From: Candidatus Jordarchaeum madagascarense
GTDB taxonomy: Archaea; Asgardarchaeota; Jordiarchaeia; Jordiarchaeales; Jordiarchaeaceae
Direction of reading: 5' to 3'
Assembly (NCBI GenBank): GCA_019056875.1
Contig: DXJA01000257.1
Span: 1-15,428 of the forward strand
Length of the DNA: 15,428 nucleotides
Numbering within the stretch: position 1 is the first letter of the stretch; every line of letters starts with the position of its first letter. This document shows, piece after piece, positions 7,205-14,150 of this stretch. The position numbers and the translations under genes are program-made. Under the pieces are notes generated by a model that ran no database searches, was not told the DNA's origin, and saw only the letters and a program-made list of their open reading frames with translations.

Positions 7205-9751
7205 TTGGTGAGCTTAAATACCGAAAATTGGAAAGAAAGGATGGTGAATCTGGGGATGGACTGGTTTCCAAGCTTGGACTGGCTCATAATCATAGCTGCT
7301 ATTACAATCCTCGCCGCCGTAACGGTCAACCTCTACTTACTCACACGTAGACGATTGGGGATAATGGCCCGAGGATTCTATACCAAACGCCTCCGCACCA
7401 CCTTCACCTGCTCCTTAGGAATAACCAGCATACCCAGAGATGTGGGGCAGGTTCAGAGAATCGACACCCGAAAAGACCTGGAAGGCGCTGTTACTTACAC
7501 CTTCCAGCACCTCACCTCCCTCTGGGAAGGCGAAATAAGCGAAGCCAGCTACGAAATCCACACCAACCGGGAAGAAGTATCCCTAATGTTCCACACCCAC
7601 CACACCCAGAGAAACGAAGAGGAAGCTTTCAACAAGGCCTACACCAACCTTCAAGCCCTAAAAACCAGCCTCCAAACCAATTATCCTGGAATACAAATCG
7701 AACCCATAGAATTCGAAAAACTCCACCAAATCCTAGACCCCCTAATCCCCCAAGATGGTGTGATTGTGGAAAAAACCAGACACTCCCTCCGAATCCAAGA
7801 CGAAACCGGAACCAGATACCTCAGCCTAGTACACCTAAAGAAAGGCGTGGAACTTATGCCCCGGGAGGAAGCTACCCAGATAGACCTGCTCATAGAAAGC
7901 CTGCTGGCACACGGCATAGAGGCAAGACTCGTAGTCCACTGCAAGAGGAGGAGAAAGCCCCGCCTAAAAAAAGAGGAAGTAAAAAGAAAGCACGGGAAAC
8001 CACTCACGGTACCCGAGCAGATGGAACTAACCGACTGGAGAACCGCCCAGATAGACAACCGGCTGGGAATAACCACCGGATACTGGACGGTCTCCGCCTA
8101 CATCATCCTAACCACCCAGACCGAAATGGAAGCCCAGATCAAAACCAAACAGGCAAGCCACATTCTAACCACCGTTTACAGCGGGCCCCTCTACGGACCC
8201 GAAATCAAAATTTTTAGCGGAAGAAAAATCCTCAAAAAACTCCACAGCATAGCCTCCAGGCGCTCCGTGGGAAAAACCGCAGACCTGCCCTCTACCCGGC
8301 TCGCAGCCCTAGTCCACCTACCCGAAAGACCCCTACCGGGACTCCAAGCCCTAACCCAAGTCGACTTCGAAATCCCACCCAGCACCATCTTCAAACCAAT
8401 GGTAGAGATTCCCACAACTCTAGTACTGCACAGAGAAAGAGAGGTCTATACTTGCACTCTAAACCCTGACGAACTGTGCAAGGGAATGGCAGTCTTGGGA
8501 AGACCGGGCTCCGGAAAAACACGTTTCCTCGGACACTTCCTAAAAAGACTCCTAATAAAGAGACCTAAATTACCCATGCTCATATTCGAATCCAAAGGAG
8601 AACTCACCTCCCTAGCAGCCCTCCCAGATATTAAGGAGAGAGTTCTCGTTCTCTGCCCCGGAACAGACTACGCCCCAATAAAAATAAACCTCTTCAACCC
8701 GGGAGCCATAGAACCAGAAGAATATTCTAGGAAGCTTCAAGGATTTCTCACAGAGATCCTTGAAAACTACTTCGGCGGAGACACAGAGTTCAGCCCTCAG
8801 ATGTCCAGAATCTTGGGAGAAGTGCTGCCCGAAGTGGTGGGAAACCCTTCACTCCAGAGCTTTGAGGGGCTTTTCCAAGTTATGGACAACTACTCGGTGA
8901 GGAATAAACACAACTACAGCTTTGTGGAAAACACCGTTCTGGCACTGAAGAGCAGGTTGGAAATCTTCCGAAGAGGCATCCTGAAAAAGGTTTTCGACAC
9001 TCCGCAAACCAACATACCATTAGACTATCTCTTAAACAGAGTAGTAATAGTGAATTTGGGACCTTTTCTCGGACAGGGGGGAACCAAAGACGCGGTGCAG
9101 ATACTGTTGGGAGTGTTAACGCTTCAGGTTTTCCAAGCAGCACTAGAGCGACAGGATACCACCAGCCTTCAACACCTGCTTGTAGTTGATGATGCCCGCT
9201 TCCTGGTTCCCGACATTTATAACCGACGCACCAGTGGAGACACCACGGCCATCGAAGACATGATAACTGTGGAGAGGGGCAAGGGACAGGGAGTAATAGT
9301 AGCCTGCCAGGACCCCGCAGTGTCCAAAGTGGTTCTGGCAAACTGCGCTACCTACATAGTTTTTCAGCTCAGCTTCCAATCCACATCAGAGAAGGAGTTT
9401 CTGGAGTTAGAGTTGGGTGTTCAACAGGAGGAGCAACGCAAGCACTTGGTTTCCCAACCCCCTAGGGAAGCCGTGATGAGAATACCCCGATACCCTTATC
9501 CTTTTAGAGTGAGAACCTTCCACCACGAAGTTCAAAACCTCATCCCCGAAGATATAGAACAACATAACAAAACCTGCCACCCCAGAATATACGATGAGGG
9601 GAAAGAGAGGAAGGGCGCATTAGAACCCGGGGAAACAGGGGGGTTAGAGAAGCAGTTTCCGTCACCTCAGAGTTTTGAGGGGGAAAACCAAGATGTCCAT
9701 AAACTTGAAAAACTGTTCGCCTCACTAATAGAAAGTGGGGAAGAGTCTTAG
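7205..9751 (+). CDS. Membrane-anchored HerA/VirB4/TraC-like conjugation-type ATPase
   Basis: N-terminal TM helix (LDWLIIIAAITILAAVTVNLYLL), Walker A AVLGRPGSGKTRFL, VirD4/TraG/VirB4-like ESKGE segment, Walker B-like LLVVDDARFLVP, and GQGVIVACQDPAVSK resembling the sensor region of HerA-FtsK ATPases. The start may be TTG 7205, GTG 7208 or a later in-frame ATG near 7238. Confidence 0.82.
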   Translation: MVSLNTENWKERMVNLGMDWFPSLDWLIIIAAITILAAVTVNLYLLTRRRLGIMARGFYTKRLRTTFTCSLGITSIPRDVGQVQRIDTRKDLEGAVTYTFQHLTSLWEGEISEASYEIHTNREEVSLMFHTHHTQRNEEEAFNKAYTNLQALKTSLQTNYPGIQIEPIEFEKLHQILDPLIPQDGVIVEKTRHSLRIQDETGTRYLSLVHLKKGVELMPREEATQIDLLIESLLAHGIEARLVVHCKRRRKPRLKKEEVKRKHGKPLTVPEQMELTDWRTAQIDNRLGITTGYWTVSAYIILTTQTEMEAQIKTKQASHILTTVYSGPLYGPEIKIFSGRKILKKLHSIASRRSVGKTADLPSTRLAALVHLPERPLPGLQALTQVDFEIPPSTIFKPMVEIPTTLVLHREREVYTCTLNPDELCKGMAVLGRPGSGKTRFLGHFLKRLLIKRPKLPMLIFESKGELTSLAALPDIKERVLVLCPGTDYAPIKINLFNPGAIEPEEYSRKLQGFLTEILENYFGGDTEFSPQMSRILGEVLPEVVGNPSLQSFEGLFQVMDNYSVRNKHNYSFVENTVLALKSRLEIFRRGILKKVFDTPQTNIPLDYLLNRVVIVNLGPFLGQGGTKDAVQILLGVLTLQVFQAALERQDTTSLQHLLVVDDARFLVPDIYNRRTSGDTTAIEDMITVERGKGQGVIVACQDPAVSKVVLANCATYIVFQLSFQSTSEKEFLELELGVQQEEQRKHLVSQPPREAVMRIPRYPYPFRVRTFHHEVQNLIPEDIEQHNKTCHPRIYDEGKERKGALEPGETGGLEKQFPSPQSFEGENQDVHKLEKLFASLIESGEES

Positions 9752-9990
9752 CTTGCTGTGGTCGGGTAAAGCTACTGTGTTAACGGGTGCACTCTTATTT
9801 TTGTATCTTCTTTGGCTTTTCTGGATGGGTTTTAAGGTGACCATTTTTTACTTTAAATGACTTAACCAATACCCTTTTCCCTTAATGGGTTTCCGCTTTC
9901 GCTCTTGTTTCTTTTTCATTCTAGTGAAGAACACTGCACAGAAATCAATAAAAAATTGGGAAAGCTTAAATTAAAAAATTATATATTTTT

Positions 9991-9997
9991 AGGAGGA
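9991..9997 (+). promoter_or_regulatory. Strong Shine-Dalgarno sequence for the flavin reductase-like gene
   Basis: aggagga about 10 nt upstream of ATG 10008, with an AT-rich ttatatattttt tract directly before it. Confidence 0.6.
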
Positions 9998-10007
9998 AGC
10001 GAGAGCC

Positions 10008-10580
10008 ATGGAAAAGAAAGAGATTGGTGCTAAGACTTTTTTGTATCCCATGCCCACCACTTTGGTTGGAGCGAATGTGGGTGGTAAGCCGAATTTTTTA
10101 ACTGTTGCTTACTGTGGAATAGTGAACAATAATCCTCCTGCCATTTCAATAGCTTTGGGTAAACGTCACTTTACCAATCCGGGAATAAGAGAAAACAAAA
10201 CTTTCAGTGTAAATATTCCCTCGGTGGAAATGGTAAAAATCACCGATTACTGTGGCCTAGTTTCAGGGAAAAGTGTTGGCAAATCCAAGCTTTTTAGTGT
10301 TTTTTACGGCAAACTTGAAACTGCGCCTATGATTAGGGAATGTCCGCTGAACTTGGAGTGTAAACTTGTTCAGACTCTGGAATTTTCCGTTGATGAAGTT
10401 TTTATTGGGGAGATTGTTGCAGCTTATGCTGAGGAACGATACCTAACTGATGGTTTGCCGGATATTAAGAAGATTAATCCAATCGTATTTTCTATGCATG
10501 ATAATAACTACTGGAAAGTTGGGGAGCACATTGGTGGAGCGTGGAACATTGGGAAGGAGTTCAAATCCAAGGGAGAATAA
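10008..10580 (+). CDS. Flavin reductase-like FMN-binding protein (flavoredoxin/DIM6-NTAB type)
   Basis: Typical layout: FLYPMPTTLVGANVGGKPNFLTVAYCGIVNNNPPAISIALGKRHFTNPGIRENKTFSVNIPS ... TDYCGLVSGKSVGKSK ... C-terminal YWKVGEHIGGAWNIGKEFK. Confidence 0.87.
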   Translation: MEKKEIGAKTFLYPMPTTLVGANVGGKPNFLTVAYCGIVNNNPPAISIALGKRHFTNPGIRENKTFSVNIPSVEMVKITDYCGLVSGKSVGKSKLFSVFYGKLETAPMIRECPLNLECKLVQTLEFSVDEVFIGEIVAAYAEERYLTDGLPDIKKINPIVFSMHDNNYWKVGEHIGGAWNIGKEFKSKGE

Positions 10581-10926
10581 TGACGCCCGCCTCTAAATAC
10601 TTGCATTTTTCCGCATTTCAAAAGCCTACATCCCAATATTTGACGTAATGTGAACAATAGACTTATATAATTTTCTTTATTCTATGTAATATTGCGAGAG
10701 AATATTTATTGCACAGGTCCGTTACTTGAAATCAGAAAGCCAAGCACAAATCAATTTTTGAATAATCATTAATATTTACCTTGTATCCATTGATGGGGCG
10801 TGTTGCTAGGGATCCACGACAACTCAGAGTTGTTTGAAGTAGTTCCCATACGTATTCAAAATTAATGAAGAGCAGGAAGAAACGGAGTTTACTTTTAGGA
10901 TACACCAGCTACAAAACCAGTGTAAC

Positions 10927-10946
10927 TCTAATTTCCTCTAATTTCC
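10927..10946 (+). repeat. Two tandem copies of tctaatttcc
   Basis: Exact 10-mer repeated back to back just upstream of the small ORF at 10969. Confidence 0.6.
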
Positions 10947-10968
10947 TTTTTAGGGGTTGGTGTAGAAA

Positions 10969-11223
10969 ATGCATAGGTTAAAAATTGAGAGGGTAAGGAT
11001 TCAGAATGTTAAGATTGAGCGTTTGAAGATGTTAGAGGATAGTGTGGATTTGAAAAGTCTGGAGTGTCCCAATTGTAAGAGCACGAATGTTAGTGTTTTT
11101 TTTAGAGACTTGGAAAATGACTTTGTTTGTTACATACCATATTGTATTGATTGTCATTATTCTTTTGAGAATCATATCCTTTTGTCGGAGAAAATTCTAA
11201 AAAGTAAATTTAAAGCTCATTGA
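10969..11223 (+). CDS. Small putative zinc-binding protein with two CxxC pairs
   Basis: 84 aa with CPNC-x22-CIDC, consistent with a zinc ribbon-like fold. ATG start. No recognised family. Confidence 0.6.
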   Translation: MHRLKIERVRIQNVKIERLKMLEDSVDLKSLECPNCKSTNVSVFFRDLENDFVCYIPYCIDCHYSFENHILLSEKILKSKFKAH

Positions 11224-11292
11224 AAGGATCAATTGTATAGCTTTTCTCAATTCAGTACAATAGACACTTGAGGTTTGAGAAACACATTATCC

Positions 11293-11412
11293 AAGCGTTG
11301 AAAAATAGAAACCATTCAAATCTAGAGAAGAATAATAAGCAACGCTTTTGGAATAATACGCGTTTTTTTATGTTTTCACACTTCTACCTAAAGCGTTGCC
11401 TTTTGGAATAAT
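11293..11412. repeat. Alternating inverted octamer array with a downstream direct repeat
   Basis: aagcgttg at 11293-11300, caacgctt at 11340-11347 and aagcgttg at 11391-11398 (the last two extend to a 9-bp inverted pair). ttttggaataat is duplicated at 11346-11357 and 11401-11412. Confidence 0.6.
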
Positions 11413-11513
11413 TTTTTAAAAGTAAAAGTGATTAAAAGTTAATTGAGCGAGTTTAAAAAATGTTAAATGTACTTTAGTTTAAATTCTAATTAATTAATGG
11501 TGGATAGAAAAGA

Positions 11514-12410
11514 TTGAAAGAGAAAATTTTGGGGGAATTTGAGGTTAATGTAAATGTGGATTGGGGTAAGCCCCTCTCCATTTGGGAGGGGGAAGAATAT
11601 GTTAAGCGGCAATCTTTGGATTATCGGGAGGGCTTTTTTGCCCGTTTATTAGTATCAGAATCTCGAATGTTTATAATCACCGAGTTCACAGACGATTTCA
11701 AAATGGGGATTCTGACACCAGTTATTTCAGGTGTTGAAAAAAAACAGCGTTCTCTATACTTGGAACTAGCTTTGAATAAAATGGATAAATACTACTTTGG
11801 AATGATGAAAAACACTATTTTATTTAAACCCCATGGAGTGCTTGGAAAAATCATTATAGAATTTAAAAATTTGTCCGGAGAATTGAAGAAAACAATTCCG
11901 GAAACTCTGGAAAAAGCCAGAGCCTTAAAAATAAGAACTCCAAATAGTGGAATATTGGTCTCAGATAGACCGATAAAAGAAATATTTGAGGAAAGAATGC
12001 GAATCATTAATGCTGAGAAACGAGAACCAAAGTATCAGATTGCACCGGAGATAGAATCGGAAAATGAAACGATCTCAGTTCCTTTAGCAACTTCAGAATT
12101 CAAACCAAATACTGAAACTGTTCTTCCCGAAGCATCACCAATTTCCGAATCATCAGAATCTAAACCCGCAGTCCAAGAAGAGGGACCTAGCCCCTCAACT
12201 AATGAAATACAAGTAACAGAACCCTCAGTTGCGATTGAAGAGATTAAAACAGCACACTCGATGAGTAAAGAGGTGGAAATCGAGGAGGCGAAAAAGTTAG
12301 AAAAAACTTGGAAATCTTTAGTTCCTAAAGAAACAATTTGTCCCTATTGTAAAAAACGAGTATTAACAATTGATAGGACCTGCCCAGACTGCGGCGCAAT
12401 AAATCTTTAA
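11514..12410 (+). CDS. Uncharacterised protein: possible PH-like N-terminal domain, low-complexity acidic linker, C-terminal zinc ribbon
   Basis: TTG start 10-15 nt downstream of ggtgg. C-terminal CPYC-x10-CPDCGAINL zinc ribbon. Ser/Pro/Glu-rich linker from about residue 180 to 265. The PH-like assignment for the N-terminal region is only a pattern impression. Confidence 0.75.
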   Translation: MKEKILGEFEVNVNVDWGKPLSIWEGEEYVKRQSLDYREGFFARLLVSESRMFIITEFTDDFKMGILTPVISGVEKKQRSLYLELALNKMDKYYFGMMKNTILFKPHGVLGKIIIEFKNLSGELKKTIPETLEKARALKIRTPNSGILVSDRPIKEIFEERMRIINAEKREPKYQIAPEIESENETISVPLATSEFKPNTETVLPEASPISESSESKPAVQEEGPSPSTNEIQVTEPSVAIEEIKTAHSMSKEVEIEEAKKLEKTWKSLVPKETICPYCKKRVLTIDRTCPDCGAINL

Positions 12411-12510
12411 TATAAAATCTTTTTGATTTTCTGAAGTTTGCTTACCTGTTGGTGATAATTCCACTTTTTCTTCGGTTTTAAGAAATAAATAATCTTTTCT
12501 AAACAATTGA

Positions 12511-12518
12511 TTTATATA
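12511..12518 (+). promoter_or_regulatory. Possible TATA box for the small membrane protein gene
   Basis: tttatata about 100 nt upstream of ATG 12617. A second TATATA-containing hairpin lies closer, at 12530-12554. Confidence 0.35.
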
Positions 12519-12616
12519 CAATGTTAACCTTAAAAAAATATATAGTTTTTTTAAAATTAATAGAATAGTATACAGGATTCAAAAGTGATGAAATATTCAA
12601 GTTGAGGAGGAAAAAT

Positions 12617-13054
12617 ATGGTAAATCCAAAGGCTTGGAACTGGATAGGACGAATAGGTGCAGGCTACATAGTATTAACGGGTATAGTGATAATAGTTCTA
12701 GGTGTCACAACAGCGGCTAGTGTAGTCACATATCAAATATTAATCTACTTTTTCCCGGATTATTTAGTTGAAATTCTTACATATCTATCGTACATCTCCC
12801 CGACATTGGCAGCGTTTTCTTTTGGGCCACTAGCCCCAGTGTTTGGACTTCAGGGCGCTTCATCCATGATCGTAGGTGGAATTATTATCGAAGCTATTGG
12901 TTGGCTGGCATCATTTGGTGCATTATTGACTCGCTTCGGTATCAGGGCGGGAGCAATTCTAATGGCATTTTCTGGATTTGCAGGCTTCTTATTCTTTAAC
13001 CTCGGAGGACTATTAGCACTAGTTGCCGGCGTTGCACTCTGGCACGAAGCTTAG
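12617..13054 (+). CDS. Small hydrophobic protein, probably 3-4 transmembrane helices, function unknown
   Basis: Clear SD (gaggagg, about 12604-12610) before ATG 12617. Hydrophobic segments include VLTGIVIIVLGVTTAASVVTY, YISPTLAAFSFGPLAPVFGL and AGAILMAFSGFAGFLFFNLGGLLALVAGVAL. The ORF track start at TTG 12602 probably lies upstream of the true start. Confidence 0.75.
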   Translation: MVNPKAWNWIGRIGAGYIVLTGIVIIVLGVTTAASVVTYQILIYFFPDYLVEILTYLSYISPTLAAFSFGPLAPVFGLQGASSMIVGGIIIEAIGWLASFGALLTRFGIRAGAILMAFSGFAGFLFFNLGGLLALVAGVALWHEA

Positions 13055-13123
13055 AGTCAAGTTCCATAAATCTTGAAAATGCTCCCCCTAACTTTTTCTT
13101 CTTTTTAAATTTCCAAAAGAGAA

Positions 13124-13987
13124 TTACTTTATATTGAATAGTTTTGCTGCGTTATCATAAATTACTTTTCTCTTGACTTCTTCGGATAGGGGTATTTTTA
13201 AGAATTCTTTTATGTTCTCGTGGATTGTTTTCACCCCGGGTCCCGGCCAGTCGCTGCCGAATATGGCTCTGTCCGCTATCATTTCAAATCTTGGAAAATA
13301 GTCGAGTAAGCGGTGTGGCGGTATGCTTGAGATGTCGAATAATATTTGTCTGTGTCTTCTGAGAAGATAGAAGGCGGTTTCCATCCATATGGGTCTGCCC
13401 CCGTGGCTTAGGATTATTTTCAATTTGGGAAAATCAAGGGGTAGCTCGTCTAGGAAGATGGGGTCTCCGTACTTGTTTCTCGCTTTGGGGAACATACTGG
13501 TTCCAGTGTGTATTTGTACCGGGAGTTCGTGGTCGCTTGCGAACTGGTATATCTGTTCCAAGCTTTTCAGGTTTGCCTCCTCGGGGCGATAAGCGTTTGG
13601 TTTAACGAGCTGGTGTACTGGGTGAAGCTTTAATCCTTTTATTTCATATTTACTGGAAATTTCCTCAAGCCTGGGCAAAGGGTTACTATTGAGCCGAGGA
13701 TTTACCGATCCGAATTGGAGCAATCTGTCTCTATAATCCTTCACGTATTCGGCGACTTCATCCACTTGTTCATCTCCAAATCCCATCACGTCTGGTGCGG
13801 GATAAGACATAATAACGATTGCCCTTATGGATTGTTCATCCATATATTTTATAAGGTTCTTCGAGTCTTCCGAGATACCCTTATAGAATTCGGGGTCGAC
13901 CCTCATTAAACTTGCAACCGTTTTTAGTAAATCCTCACTAAAAAACTTGACTGGAACAATGTGTGTATGGGCATCAATAAAATCCAA
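13124..13987 (-). CDS. Amidohydrolase-family TIM-barrel metal-dependent hydrolase
   Basis: DFIDAHTHIVP, GLKLHPVHQL, LPVQIHTGT, KIILSHGGRPIW and IFGSDWPGPG. The ORF track extends to 14038, but TTG 13987 sits 6 nt after gaggga and directly precedes DFIDAHTH, so it is the better start. Confidence 0.88.
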   Translation of the reverse strand: MDFIDAHTHIVPVKFFSEDLLKTVASLMRVDPEFYKGISEDSKNLIKYMDEQSIRAIVIMSYPAPDVMGFGDEQVDEVAEYVKDYRDRLLQFGSVNPRLNSNPLPRLEEISSKYEIKGLKLHPVHQLVKPNAYRPEEANLKSLEQIYQFASDHELPVQIHTGTSMFPKARNKYGDPIFLDELPLDFPKLKIILSHGGRPIWMETAFYLLRRHRQILFDISSIPPHRLLDYFPRFEMIADRAIFGSDWPGPGVKTIHENIKEFLKIPLSEEVKRKVIYDNAAKLFNIK

Positions 13988-14150
13988 AAGCAATCCCTCT
14001 GAATGATATTTTGTTAGCTCAAAAACAGAAAATAACAAGCCATATAAGTTTAGTGGGCGAATCTATGTTTTTGCTTTGATAAGTTCAAATTTAAAATGAA
14101 ATTTCAAAATAGAGGGGTAGATGATTTACTGTTGATATTTGGGAATGTGT

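Noticed and set aside
8880-9341. 153-aa minus-strand ORF inside the HerA-like gene (also 7681-8076, 8191-8415, 9143-9379 and 9540-9725)
   Set aside because: Antisense shadow ORFs of a clearly coding frame. The translations show no family motifs and look like reverse-frame artefacts (for example Pro/Cys/Leu-rich).
7205-9751. Idea that this region is a complete conjugative element or known defence island
   Set aside because: Only one ATPase gene is present. No relaxase, coupling protein, pilin, nuclease or integrase is adjacent in the window.
11792-12007. Minus-strand 71-aa ORF antisense to the zinc-ribbon protein
   Set aside because: Shadow ORF, no motif.
13389-13909. Plus-strand ORFs 13389-13592 and 13715-13909 antisense to the amidohydrolase
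   Set aside because: Shadow ORFs of a well-supported gene.
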